DNA of 64,000 nt from Candidatus Latescibacterota bacterium (GTDB taxonomy: Bacteria > Latescibacterota > UBA2968 > UBA8231), in NCBI GenBank assembly GCA_965219385.1, contig CBDCNM010000002.1, positions 158,639 to 222,638 of the forward strand. The letters run 5' to 3'. The translations under genes and the position numbers were made by a program. Each line of letters begins with the position of its first letter. Positions within the stretch are counted from its first letter, which is position 1. This document shows positions 19,620-29,718 of the stretch, piece by piece. Under the pieces are notes generated by a model. It was not told where the DNA came from and searched no databases. It was given only the letters and a program-made list of their open reading frames with translations.

Positions 19620-20528
19620 CTAAAACTGTCTGTTTGTCCACCCCTCGATGAAAGCGGCCACCTGCTCCGGGCACTCCAGGTGTGGGGAATGACCGCACTG
19701 GGCGATGATGTGCAGATCGGCGTGCGGCAGGTCTTCTTTGAAACGGAGGGCAGAGGGGACGGGGATGATGCGGTCCTCCCTGCCCCAGATGACCAGAGTG
19801 GGGCAGGTGATTTCCTTGAATTTTTCGCACAGTGCGCTGTGCCCCGAGGGCATCACGTTTTGCGCTGCCGTCCTGTAGGCATGGAAGATATTTGGTGTTT
19901 TCAATACATCGACAGTGGTGGCCAGCAGTTCCGGGGCGATCTTTTGGGGGTCGTGAAAAATGCGTTTGAAGGCCTTGTGGACAGCCCAGGCAACCAGCCC
20001 CGAACGGAAGGCGAGAAAGCGGGCTAGAGAAATGTTCATCAGGGTGCCCAGCCAGGTGGCCAGCTCGTGGATATAGCCTGGCAGTTCCTGGGGATAGCCG
20101 GCTGAGTCGATGAGGACCAGGCCGCGGATGCGGTCTTTCAGTTCGGGAAAGGCAAGGGCCAGGCACAGAGAAATGCCACCACCAAGGGAGTTGCCGGCCA
20201 GGATCAAATCATCCAGTTCCGACTGGAGAATGAACTGGCGGAGGTGTTCCGCATGCATGGGAACCGAGTAGCGATAAGATGCGGGCAGGTGGTGCAGCAA
20301 GGGTTTGGCACTGTGGCCGAAGCCGATCAGATCTGGAGCAATGAGGCGATACTGGTCGAGATAGGGCCAAAGATAGCGCCAGGTGCCCTTGTGGCCGAAC
20401 AGGCCGTGGACCAGGAGCAGGGTATGGGAACCGGTGGTGTTGTGGTTGTCCAGGAAGGCCATTTCCAGGTTTTCGCCGAACCCGCCGGCCAGAAGGGTCT
20501 TTTCTGCGCGAAAACCTGGAATGGACAC
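19620..20528 (-). CDS. Alpha/beta hydrolase
   Basis: VHGL, DLIGFGHS, GNSLGG nucleophile elbow, WGREDR, GHSPHLE. Confidence 0.9.
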   Translation of the reverse strand: MSIPGFRAEKTLLAGGFGENLEMAFLDNHNTTGSHTLLLVHGLFGHKGTWRYLWPYLDQYRLIAPDLIGFGHSAKPLLHHLPASYRYSVPMHAEHLRQFILQSELDDLILAGNSLGGGISLCLALAFPELKDRIRGLVLIDSAGYPQELPGYIHELATWLGTLMNISLARFLAFRSGLVAWAVHKAFKRIFHDPQKIAPELLATTVDVLKTPNIFHAYRTAAQNVMPSGHSALCEKFKEITCPTLVIWGREDRIIPVPSALRFKEDLPHADLHIIAQCGHSPHLECPEQVAAFIEGWTNRQF

Positions 20529-20576
20529 CGGGCTACCCTGCCTCGTGAAAAGGCCTTGCTCTCATCCCGCTTTTGT

Positions 20577-21158
20577 TCAAACCAGATCGCAGGCTTCGGG
20601 GGGCATCCAGTGGGCGTCCTGGCCCTTCCACTTGACATTGCACCCGATGGGGTTGGCCAATTCCACCGGCACTTCTCGTCCATCGAGCAGGGCCTCGACG
20701 GCATCGCGCAGTTCCCGGGTCGTGGCCTGGTCGGCATTGCGCGGATTGTCGTCCATGCGGCCGGTGTAACGCAAGGTGCGGTCCGCGTCGAAGACGTAGA
20801 AATGGGGGGTGCGCAGGGCCCCATAAGCCAGGGCTACTTCCTGAGTTTCGTCGAATGCGTAGGGAAAATTAAAGCCTTTTTCTCTGGCGCGTTCGACCAT
20901 GTGCTCAAAGGAATCCGCCGGGTGGTTCTCGGTTTCGTTGGAGCTGATGGTTATCATCTGCAAGCCGCGCGGGGCATAGTCCCGGCACAGGGCGATCATG
21001 CGGTCCTCGCTGCCGATCGCGTAGGGACAGTGGTTGCAAGAGAAGGCGACGACGAGCACGTCGGCGGCGGAGAAATCCTTGAGGGAATAGGTTTTGCCGT
21101 CCACGCCGGGCAGCTCGAAATCCGGGGGGGTTGCGCCGATTTGCAGGGTAAAGGCCAT
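20577..21158 (-). CDS. Thioredoxin-family / AhpC-TSA-like protein
   Basis: PDFELPGVDGK, CNHCPY, YTGRMDD, IGCNVKW. Confidence 0.9.
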   Translation of the reverse strand: MAFTLQIGATPPDFELPGVDGKTYSLKDFSAADVLVVAFSCNHCPYAIGSEDRMIALCRDYAPRGLQMITISSNETENHPADSFEHMVERAREKGFNFPYAFDETQEVALAYGALRTPHFYVFDADRTLRYTGRMDDNPRNADQATTRELRDAVEALLDGREVPVELANPIGCNVKWKGQDAHWMPPEACDLV

Positions 21159-21357
21159 GAAAGACTCCTTTTCGGGACTTTGTGATTGGTCTGGAATTGA
21201 TAATAATATATGGACCTGGATAGATCAACAAAAGTGGTAAAAGGATTGGGACACCAGATCATAGAGGCAGGTCCCGCGCCCACGGCCGACGGTGTACAAC
21301 GAGGTCCGGGAGCTGGAAGCTGCCAACGTGGTGCTGCGCGCGGTGAATGGATAGGCC

Positions 21358-22995
21358 CTACCAGCCGATTGCGTACCCGTCCCGCCGGGGATCCGAGCCA
21401 CCGATGAGGGCTTTTGATTCGGGATGGATCAGGATGGCCTGGGCGCTGCCGGGACCGCCCCAGTCTCCCAGAATCTGGAGTTCGTGCCCCTTTTGCGCCA
21501 GGCCCTGGCGGACCTTTGCGGGGAAGCGTCCTTCCAGTTGCAGGATGTCCTGGCAGGTGTGCGGCACGGTGGATTCCATCGGGTTTTGCAGGCTGCGCCA
21601 GCGCGGCGCTTCGACCGCTTCCTGAGGCGTCATGCCGAAGTCGATGATATGGGTGAGCAGCTGAAGGTTGGTCTGCACCTGGGTGTCGGCCCCGGGGGTG
21701 CCGCAGATCAGAAAGGGTTTGTCGTCCCGGGTCACAATCACCGGATTCATGGTATGGCGCACCCGCTTGCCGGGCATGAGGCAGTTGGGGTGATCGGCGT
21801 CAAGGTGCCAGTAGGTCATGCGATTGTTGAGCAAAATTCCGGTGTCTCCGGCTATGAGGTTCGAGCCAAAACCGGACTGGATGCTCTGCAACACGCAGGC
21901 CGCATTGCCCTGGCCGTCGACAACGCAAAAACAGGTGGTGTCCTCGAATGACTCGGGCGCGCCGGCGGGAGTATCCGTGGCCGCGCGTTGCCAATCGATG
22001 CGCCCGGCGCGCTGGGCGGCGTAGTCTTTGGACAACAGGCCTTGCAGGGGGATATCGATCCAGTCTGGATCGGCCACGAACTTCTCCCGGTCCGCAAAGG
22101 CCAGTTTTTTGGCTTCCACCATCAGGTGAATGCTCTCGGCCGTGTTGCAGCCTGTGGAGCGCAGGTCGAAGGGTTCGACCATGTTCAACTCCTGCAGCAG
22201 GATATGGCCGCTGGAATTGGGCGGCATTTCATAAACCTCAAAGCCGCGGTAGTTCACCTGGATGGGCTCGACCCAGTGGGCGTGGTGGTCTGCCAGGTCC
22301 TGTTCCGTCAACAAGCCATCGCGCTGCCGACTGAACCCGGCGATGGCCCGGGCGATTTCCCCCTCGTACAGGGTTTCGCGTCCGGCCGTCGCGATGTGCC
22401 GCAAGGTCTTTCCCAGGTCCTTCTGGTAGAGGATTTCGCCGGGTTCGAGGGGATGGCCGTCGCGGGTAAACACGGCGCGGGTGCAGGGATCTGCGGCAAA
22501 GTCGGGGTTTTCGGCTTTGAGGGCCGCGGCCAGTTTGGGGCTTATGGGGAAGCCGTTTTCACACAAGGACACGGCCGGTTCGAACACTTGTTCGAGGGGG
22601 AGGGCACCGCAGCGCTCGTGGGCCAGAAGCCAGCCATCCACCAGGCCCGGGACGGATACGCTGAGGATTCCTTTCATGGGAATACCGCCGTTGCGCAGGT
22701 ACGCGTCCCGGGTCGCCGCCCGCGGCGCCGCGCCCGTGGCATTCACTCCCATCACTGCACTGGTTTCGGCCTGATAGATCAACAGGAATCCGTCCCCGCC
22801 CACGCCGGAAGAGTGCGGTTCGACCACGCCCAAGGCGGCGGCAATGGCAATGGCCGCGTCAATGGCATTGCCGCCGGCCATCATCACCTGAATCCCGGCC
22901 TGGGAGGCGAGGGGGTGGCCGGATGTCACCAGGCCGTTGCGGCCCATCACATCCGGACGAAAAGCAGTGAACTTATGGCCATGTGGTGATTGCAT
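21358..22995 (-). CDS. ggt: Gamma-glutamyltransferase
   Basis: GGNAIDAAIA, SGVGGDGF, PPNSSG, DTT autocleavage site, GTPGAD, DPRRDG. Confidence 0.92.
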   Translation of the reverse strand: MQSPHGHKFTAFRPDVMGRNGLVTSGHPLASQAGIQVMMAGGNAIDAAIAIAAALGVVEPHSSGVGGDGFLLIYQAETSAVMGVNATGAAPRAATRDAYLRNGGIPMKGILSVSVPGLVDGWLLAHERCGALPLEQVFEPAVSLCENGFPISPKLAAALKAENPDFAADPCTRAVFTRDGHPLEPGEILYQKDLGKTLRHIATAGRETLYEGEIARAIAGFSRQRDGLLTEQDLADHHAHWVEPIQVNYRGFEVYEMPPNSSGHILLQELNMVEPFDLRSTGCNTAESIHLMVEAKKLAFADREKFVADPDWIDIPLQGLLSKDYAAQRAGRIDWQRAATDTPAGAPESFEDTTCFCVVDGQGNAACVLQSIQSGFGSNLIAGDTGILLNNRMTYWHLDADHPNCLMPGKRVRHTMNPVIVTRDDKPFLICGTPGADTQVQTNLQLLTHIIDFGMTPQEAVEAPRWRSLQNPMESTVPHTCQDILQLEGRFPAKVRQGLAQKGHELQILGDWGGPGSAQAILIHPESKALIGGSDPRRDGYAIGW

Positions 22996-23037
22996 ATGGA
23001 GTCTCCATTCTGGTCGACCCTGGATCTTTGGAGGATT

Positions 23038-23829
23038 TCACCAGCCTGGTTCGCGTTCTACAGGGACTCTCCTGCGCAGCATGCGCAGCACCCAGTACAC
23101 GGCCAGGGCGGCCCCCAAATGCTTCAGGGTGTGCCCGCTGAGGATGTGGCCCAGGGCGAAGATTTGCGCGTCGAGCACTTCAAAGGCCTTGGCCCCGGCG
23201 TAAAAGCCCACGACGGCCCCTAGATCCTGGCTCCGGGTGTAGCGCGCCGGGAAGAGCAGCATGATCAGAGGAATAACCAGCATGGGGCCAAACTGCACCG
23301 CCAGGTAAAGCCGCAGGTCGCCCATGCCCCGCAACTCGCTCAAGTTCCAGTAAATCACGCTGTTGACTCCCAGGATGGCCAGGGGCAAAAGCAAGATCAG
23401 ACCGGCCTTGACGCTGATGCGCTCGGCGATCACGGCGGAGAAAAAAGCTATGAAGACCAGGCTCAGGGGCAGGCGGTCCCAGGCCAGGCGCTGGTTGTCG
23501 GGCGCCAGGTGGTAGTAAGCCGAGCCCAAGCAGGTGAGCAGGATCCCGAGGAAAAAAAGGGCGTAGGGCACCTGCTCGGATTTTTCGATAAAGGCGGTGG
23601 CGCCAGCCGCTGTCCGCTGGCGCCAGAGAAATACCAGGCCCAGGACTCCGACGAGGAAAAAGGGAAGATTGGAAAAGACATCGAAGAAGTTGGGGATGCC
23701 GAAAAAAGGGCGTTGATCGGCAAAGTCGTGGTAGGCCGGGTCCTGCGGTAGGGGCGGCAGGATCAGGGCGACTACCAGGGTGGCCAAGGCGAGACCGACG
23801 ATGAGCAACAGGCGCTGGGAGCGACTCAT
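23038..23829 (-). CDS. Ceramidase-like membrane protein
   Basis: YHDFADQR, SNLPF, GSAYYH, WDRLP, SGHTLKH. Confidence 0.8.
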   Translation of the reverse strand: MSRSQRLLLIVGLALATLVVALILPPLPQDPAYHDFADQRPFFGIPNFFDVFSNLPFFLVGVLGLVFLWRQRTAAGATAFIEKSEQVPYALFFLGILLTCLGSAYYHLAPDNQRLAWDRLPLSLVFIAFFSAVIAERISVKAGLILLLPLAILGVNSVIYWNLSELRGMGDLRLYLAVQFGPMLVIPLIMLLFPARYTRSQDLGAVVGFYAGAKAFEVLDAQIFALGHILSGHTLKHLGAALAVYWVLRMLRRRVPVEREPGW

Positions 23830-23953
23830 AAGGTATTGCCTTTTTCATGTGATCATAGGGATTTTGTCGCGAGGGAGCAAGTAGATTGACAGTGGGCCGG
23901 GGAGTGGATTGTTATTTTTCTTTCCAGTGCGTCCAGCAAAAAAGGAGCGAGAC

Positions 23954-24352
23954 ATGAAAACCTATCGGGCCGCGGTCATCGGGTGCAGCCACATGGGCGG
24001 GTCCGAGTCCAAAGCGATTTGTGCAGAGGGCACGCTGACGGCGCTCAACAACGGGCAGGGGTGGCGAATGCGGCGCTATGATGCGGAAGAATACGGCGGT
24101 GTCGCCATGCCCGGATATCAGCGCGCCAGTTCCACCTTGCGATTGATAGAGGATCTTGTCCACGCCCTGGATACGGGTACGCCGCCGCGGAGCGGGGTGC
24201 GTCTGGCGCGAGCAAATACCGAGCTCATCTTTGCCTTCACCGAATCACATCGGCGCGGCGGGGCACGGGTGGAATTGCCACTGGTGGGATCCAGGGTGCG
24301 GCTGCAGCGCCAGCACACACCGCGCCAGCCCAGGTATCAGAAGCCTTCTTAG
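23954..24352 (+). pseudogene. Gfo/Idh/MocA oxidoreductase with large in-frame internal deletion
   Basis: MKTYRAAVIGCSHMGG joined almost directly to a C-terminal ESHRRGGARVELPL; compare the full paralogue at 34519-35625. Confidence 0.7.
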
Positions 24353-25299
24353 CTCAGCTCGCTCAGCAACTCTTTCCAACTCCGGCGTTCGCGGGCGGGA
24401 CCCACCAGGGACCGCAGCCCAGCGCACCGGATTTCCAGGTCCTGGTAAAAGGAAAGGTCGGTCTCGGCGCGGGCCAGCAAAGCGGCCAGGGCCCGGGTAT
24501 CTCCGACCGGAAAGTAGCCTGGATAGTCCGGCCCCAGCAACCCCACCGAACCCGCAATGTGGGAGGACAGGACCGGCACCGAACAGGCCAGGGCTTCGGA
24601 AACCACGTTGGCTCCGCCTTCCATCTTTGAGGTGAGCACCAGCAGGCGGCAGCGGGAAAGCAGCCTGAGAGCCTGCCAGCGCGGGATCTCTCCCAGCCAT
24701 TGATAGCGCGGATTGGAGTTTGTTTCGCTCCGGGCCCGTTCCTCCATATAGGGGCTGAGGGCGGCGCCCGCATGCACTACCCGGAGGCGGGACGAGGGGG
24801 GCAGTCGCCTTGCGGCCAGGGCGGTTCGGAAGGGGTCCTTGACCGGGCGCAGGTGGCCCAGGACGCACACCTCGAAAAGGGTTTTCCTGGGGGGAAATTT
24901 TCCCGGGGGCGGTTTCACGGACTGGTAGATCACCCGGGCCCTGTCCCGCAGGTGGTCGGGCAATTCGTCGATGCCCTGGGGTTGCAGCACGATGAAGCGT
25001 CCGGCCATTTCCAGGGCCTGTTGCGCCTGCGGATCGGTGTGGATATCGCCGTAGAGGTCGGTTCCGGTCAGGGCCAGGATCAGGGGCCGGTCGGGATGTC
25101 GGCGGTGAAAGCCCTGCACGGATTTAAAGCTGCGGAGGGCGTGCAGGGCCACCATCAGGTCGCACGGCTGCCGCTGGTATTCCTGCTCCACCGCGACGCT
25201 GTGACCCAGATCCCGCAGGAAACGGGCCCAGCGCAGGGCCGTCACCCGGTTCCCTTTGCGAGAGCGGGGAGGGGCCGGGGTGACGAGGAGGATTTTCAT
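24349..25299 (-). CDS. senB: Selenosugar synthase SenB (glycosyltransferase)
   Basis: GNRVTALRWA, ALHA, LTGTDLY, GHLRPVKDP, SKMEGGANVVSEA; coupled to senA. Confidence 0.9.
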   Translation of the reverse strand: MKILLVTPAPPRSRKGNRVTALRWARFLRDLGHSVAVEQEYQRQPCDLMVALHALRSFKSVQGFHRRHPDRPLILALTGTDLYGDIHTDPQAQQALEMAGRFIVLQPQGIDELPDHLRDRARVIYQSVKPPPGKFPPRKTLFEVCVLGHLRPVKDPFRTALAARRLPPSSRLRVVHAGAALSPYMEERARSETNSNPRYQWLGEIPRWQALRLLSRCRLLVLTSKMEGGANVVSEALACSVPVLSSHIAGSVGLLGPDYPGYFPVGDTRALAALLARAETDLSFYQDLEIRCAGLRSLVGPARERRSWKELLSELS

Positions 25300-26597
25300 C
25301 GGCTCAGGGCACAGGTGCGGAACCCGGCCCATACGTCGCGCCGGTCCGGGGTGAAGAAGTTGCGGTAGTTGGTGCGGATCAATCGGGAGCGGGTCGCCCA
25401 GCAGCCACCGCGCAGGACCTTGCGGGTTTTGAACCAGGGGGCCGAGTACTCTTTGTACGGATCTGCCTCAAAGCCGGGAAAGGGCAGAAAGGTGGTATCG
25501 GTCCATTCCCATACATTGCCGATCATCTGGCGGCAACCAAAGGCGCTGTCGCCCTCGGGCAGGGCCGCCACGTCGACACAGCCCATGGCCTGCCAGTCCA
25601 GGTTGGCACGCTGGGGTGAGGGGGTTTCGTCGCTCCAGGGGAAGCGCCGTTTCCCGGGGGAGAGCCCCTCTCCGTCCGGCTCGGAAGAGGCCGCCATTTC
25701 CCACTCGGCCTCGGTGGGCAGGCGACGGTTGGCCCAGGTGCAGTAGGCCTGGGCTTCGTGCCAGTTTACGTGAATCACGGGAAGGTGGTCCTCGAGTGCC
25801 ACCCACTGGTCAAAGTGCCGGCGCAGCCAAGCGCCGCTTTCTTCCCGCCGCCAGTACACCGGGTGCTGCGCAGCGGTGTCCTGGCGCCACTGCCATCCTT
25901 CTGCGCTCCACAACTCCTGGCGGCCGTACCCCTGGTCTCCCACGAACGCGGCAAACTCGACCTGGGTGACGGGAGCGCGGGCGATCTCAAAGGGTTCGAG
26001 CTCGACCGGATGGCCCCACTTTTCATTGTCGAATACAAAGGGCTCGTCCGGGGTCGATCCCAGCAGGAAAGGGCCGCCTGGTACCCGGGCATCTCCAGGC
26101 AGGGGCCCCTGGCCATTTTGTACCGGTGTGGATGCGGCAACAATGGACAGGTCCGGGACTGGATACCCCAGGGTTTGCCGGGTATAGGTGAGGGCCTCGG
26201 AGTGCATGTCCTCGTGCAGGACCGAGTAGAAGACATGATAGGCTTCCTCCGCGGAAGGTTCGCCCTGCTGCAGCCGCTCCAGCACCCGGTCGCGCACCTG
26301 GTGGATGTAGTCCAGGGTTTCCTGGCGGGAGGGCAGGGGCAGATCCCAGCGGGTGTCGTGGGCAATGGCGATGGAATCGTAGAGGGCGTCCTCGTCGGCG
26401 CGCACGGGCTTCTGCCCGAAGGCGTGGCGCAGGGCCCAGAAAGACTGGAACCAGGCGTGGTGGCCGATTTCCCAGAGCGGGGGATTGACGCTGTCGAGTG
26501 GAGGACCCATAAGTTGCTCGGCATTAAAGTCGGCGACCAGTTCAAAGGTCCTTTCGCGGGCGTCGCGCACCCATTCGGCAAGTTGTGCGGCGGTCAA
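25296..26597 (-). CDS. senA: Selenoneine synthase SenA (DinB + FGE-sulfatase domains, EgtB-like)
   Basis: NPPLWEIGH, HEDMHSEA, FDNEKW, RLPTEAEWE, GNVWEW, YRNFF; lies between senB and selD. Confidence 0.9.
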   Translation of the reverse strand: MTAAQLAEWVRDARERTFELVADFNAEQLMGPPLDSVNPPLWEIGHHAWFQSFWALRHAFGQKPVRADEDALYDSIAIAHDTRWDLPLPSRQETLDYIHQVRDRVLERLQQGEPSAEEAYHVFYSVLHEDMHSEALTYTRQTLGYPVPDLSIVAASTPVQNGQGPLPGDARVPGGPFLLGSTPDEPFVFDNEKWGHPVELEPFEIARAPVTQVEFAAFVGDQGYGRQELWSAEGWQWRQDTAAQHPVYWRREESGAWLRRHFDQWVALEDHLPVIHVNWHEAQAYCTWANRRLPTEAEWEMAASSEPDGEGLSPGKRRFPWSDETPSPQRANLDWQAMGCVDVAALPEGDSAFGCRQMIGNVWEWTDTTFLPFPGFEADPYKEYSAPWFKTRKVLRGGCWATRSRLIRTNYRNFFTPDRRDVWAGFRTCALSR

Positions 26598-26749
26598 GAG
26601 CCAGTCCTCCTCCTCGGTTTCATATCTAGTCTACAATCCGCGCTGATTCTCATTGGCCAGATCGAATCCCCGGCAGCGGAGCGGTCGGCTGGTTGCGCCG
26701 GGGGGGTAAATCCTTTAATTATAGGCATTGTAACAAAGGAGAACAACCC

Positions 26750-27811
26750 ATGGCCTGGCGCGTTTTGGGGCGTGAAAAGACCCTGACCAGTCTGGCGAAA
26801 ACCTGTGGGTGAGCAGCCAAGGTCAGTCCGGTCGGACTGGGAGAACTCCTGGCGGGCCTGCCCCGGAACCAAGATCCGAACCTGCTGGTCGGCTTTGAAT
26901 CCAGCGACGACGCCGGCGTGTATCGTCTGGACGGTGAGACGGCTCTGGTGGTCACGGCTGATTTCATCACGCCACCGGTGGACGATCCGTATCTGTTCGG
27001 CCAGATCGGAGCGGCCAATTCCCTGAGCGATGTCTACGCCATGGGCGGCAGGCCCCTGACCTGCCTGAACCTGGTGGGCTTTCCCTCCAACGATCTGGGA
27101 CCGGATGTCCTGCACGGGATCGTCGAAGGGGCGCTGAGCAAGATCACCGAAGCCGGCGCCGTGCTGGCGGGGGGGCATACCACCGACGACGAGGAGCCCA
27201 AGTTCGGGTTGTCGGTCACCGGGATCGTGCACCCGCAAAACTACTGGCGCAACACCGGCGTCCTGGCCGGGGATTTACTGATCCTGACCAAGGCGGTGGG
27301 CAGCGGGGTGCTCTTCAATGCCAATTTGAAGAGCTGGGTCTCGGAAGAGGCCCTGAAAGAGTGCCTGCGGAGCATCACCACCCTCAACAAGACCGCCGCC
27401 GAGATTCTGGCCGGTTTCGAGGTCCATGCGGCGACCGATATCACCGGATTCGGCCTGGCCGGTCACGCCCTGGAAATGGCCAGGGGATCGGATGTCGGCC
27501 TGGAAATCCGCGCTTCTGCAGTGCCGATCATGGACGAGGCCCTGGCGATGTACGAAAAGGGCGTGAGCACCGGGGTCAATGCCGCCAACCGGGCCTTGAT
27601 CGAGGACTCCGCCCGCTTTGAAATCGACCTGCCCGGGTGGCACAGGGAGATTTTCGTGGACCCGCAAACCAGTGGGGGGCTCCTGGTTGCCGTGCCCGAA
27701 GCTCAGGCCGGGAAAGCCTTGCAGGCCCTGCGCGATGGAGGCGTGGAAAAGGCGCAGATCGTGGGAGCGGCCAAGCCTTTGGCCGCCGCCGATTTCCTGG
27801 TTTTTAAGTAA
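26750..27811 (+). CDS. selD: Selenophosphate synthetase SelD (SenC), selenoprotein with in-frame UGA
   Basis: RBS aaggag and ATG 26750. Reads ...LTSLAKTCG-TGA(26810-26812)-AAK...DDAGVY, in frame with the listed 26918 ORF. DFITP, SDVYAMGG, GGHT, DPQTSGGLL. Confidence 0.93.
26824..26839 (+). promoter_or_regulatory. Bacterial SECIS-like hairpin
   Basis: cagtcc-ggtc-ggactg perfect 6-bp stem with a G-starting loop, 11 nt after the UGA. Confidence 0.75.
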
Positions 27812-27956
27812 AGTGCATCCCGAAAATACGCCCCCTGCCGCAACAAAAAAATTAATTCTTCAAAAATCAGTTATGGGAATGTCCTCATAGACATGGAAGA
27901 TGGCGATCCGAGTCCGGGGCCATCTATTCAGCCGCGCATAACCTTTTACTACAAAT

Positions 27957-28037
27957 ACTAGTAGTCGACCACGTCGATGTTGAGGCCGGCCCCTGACGTC
28001 CCATCAGCCAGCAAAATTTAGCTGGTCGTCTACTAGT
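27957..28037. mobile_element. MITE-like element with 15-bp terminal inverted repeats
   Basis: actagtagtcgacca ... tggtcgtctactagt (1 mismatch), ctag at both ends, intergenic. Confidence 0.55.
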
Positions 28038-28226
28038 CGGCACGGCCGGTTTTTCACCGCACCAGCCACGGGCTTCGCAGGATGAAGGCTGTTTTATCGG
28101 CGGGGCAAATGAGGATCTGGGTGCGGCACCCGGGCAGGTACTCTGCGTCTTGATGAGGCCGCGCCCTATGTCGTATATTCCCCGGGTGCAGGATAGAAGC
28201 CCACCCAGTTTACAGAGGAGCTGTGT

Positions 28227-29708
28227 ATGAAAGCCATCATGCTGATGTTCGATTCGCTCAATCGTCACTTCCTGCCCCCGTATGGCTGCGGCTGGACCCA
28301 GGCGCCCAACTTCCAGCGCCTGGCCGAGCGGACCCTGACCTTTGACAAGAGTTATATCTGCTCGATGCCCTGTATGCCTGCCCGCCGCGATCTGCACACC
28401 GGGCGTCCCAACTTCCTGCACCGTTCCTGGGGACCGCTGGAGCCCTTCGACGACTCAATGCCGCGAATCCTGAGGGAAAACGGCGTCAGCAGCCACCTGA
28501 TCAGCGACCACTACCACTACTGGGAGACCGGAGGCGCGACCTATCACACCCAGTACAGCACCTGGCAGTTTTTCCGGGGACAGGAGGGCGATCCCTGGAT
28601 GGGGCAGGCCGCTGAGCCCCTCCCGGTCGAAGCCCTAGGGCGCAACGCAGACATCGATAGTCCCTGGATGCGGCAGGACCACATCAACCGGCAGTTCATG
28701 CGCAGGGAGGAGGACCAGCCGCAGGCGCGGACCTTTGATGCGGGCATGGATTTCATCCGCCGCAACCACGGGGACGACCGCTGGTTCCTGCAGATCGAGA
28801 CCTTCGATCCGCACGAGCCGTTTTTCTCCCAGCGCAAGTACAAGGACCTGTACCCGCAGCACTACCTAGACTACCAGGGCCCGCTGCACGACTGGCCGGC
28901 CTACGATTGGGTCGCGGAGACCCGCGAGCAGGTCGAGCACATGCGCTACGAGTACGCCGCGCTCCTGAGCATGTGCGATTCCAAGCTCGGGGATGTGCTG
29001 GACTTGATGGACGAGCTGGACCTGTGGGAGGACACCCTGCTGGTGATGTGGACGGACCACGGATTCTTGCTGAGCGAACACGATTGCTGGGCCAAGTGCT
29101 GGATGCCGTTTTACGAGGAGGTGGCGCATACCCCGTTCTTTGTCTGGGATCCGCGCTGTGGCAAGAAGGGGGAACGGCGCCAGAGTCTGGTGCAGCCCTC
29201 TATTGACCTGGGGCCCACCGTGCTGGACTTTTTTGGCCTGGAGCCGACGCCGGACATGAGGGGCCAGGTGCTGCGGGAGACGGTGGCCTTTGATCGTCCG
29301 GTGCGCCAGACCGCCCTCTTCGGCCAGCACGGCCACCAGGTGAATTTGACCGATGGCCGTTACGTGTACATGCGGGGACCGGCGACCGAGGACAACACCC
29401 CCTTGTTCGACTACACCTTGATGCCGACCCACATGCGGGAGGCCTTCAGCGTGGACGAGCTGCGCGACCGGATCCAGCTGGCCGCGCCCTTCGACTTCAC
29501 CAAGGGATGCCAGACCATGAAGATCCCGAGTAAAGGCCGTTTCGATATCCGGCAGTTCGGCACCTTGCTCTACGATCTGGAGGAAGATCCGCATCAGGAG
29601 CAGTCCCTCGAAGACAAGGCTCTGGCCGCGCGCCTCGGCGCCCAGATGGTGGAGTTGATGAAGGCATACGAGGCCCCGTCGGAGCAGTTCGAGCGACTGG
29701 GGTTGTAA
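28227..29708 (+). CDS. Sulfatase (Cys/formylglycine type)
   Basis: FDSLN, CMPARRDLHTG, FDPHEP, TDHG. Confidence 0.92.
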   Translation: MKAIMLMFDSLNRHFLPPYGCGWTQAPNFQRLAERTLTFDKSYICSMPCMPARRDLHTGRPNFLHRSWGPLEPFDDSMPRILRENGVSSHLISDHYHYWETGGATYHTQYSTWQFFRGQEGDPWMGQAAEPLPVEALGRNADIDSPWMRQDHINRQFMRREEDQPQARTFDAGMDFIRRNHGDDRWFLQIETFDPHEPFFSQRKYKDLYPQHYLDYQGPLHDWPAYDWVAETREQVEHMRYEYAALLSMCDSKLGDVLDLMDELDLWEDTLLVMWTDHGFLLSEHDCWAKCWMPFYEEVAHTPFFVWDPRCGKKGERRQSLVQPSIDLGPTVLDFFGLEPTPDMRGQVLRETVAFDRPVRQTALFGQHGHQVNLTDGRYVYMRGPATEDNTPLFDYTLMPTHMREAFSVDELRDRIQLAAPFDFTKGCQTMKIPSKGRFDIRQFGTLLYDLEEDPHQEQSLEDKALAARLGAQMVELMKAYEAPSEQFERLGL

Positions 29709-29718
29709 GGAGCTAAAC

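Noticed and set aside
21358..22995. GGT as part of the selenoneine pathway
   Set aside because: It is separated from senB by unrelated genes, and the known Sen pathway needs no glutamyl removal.
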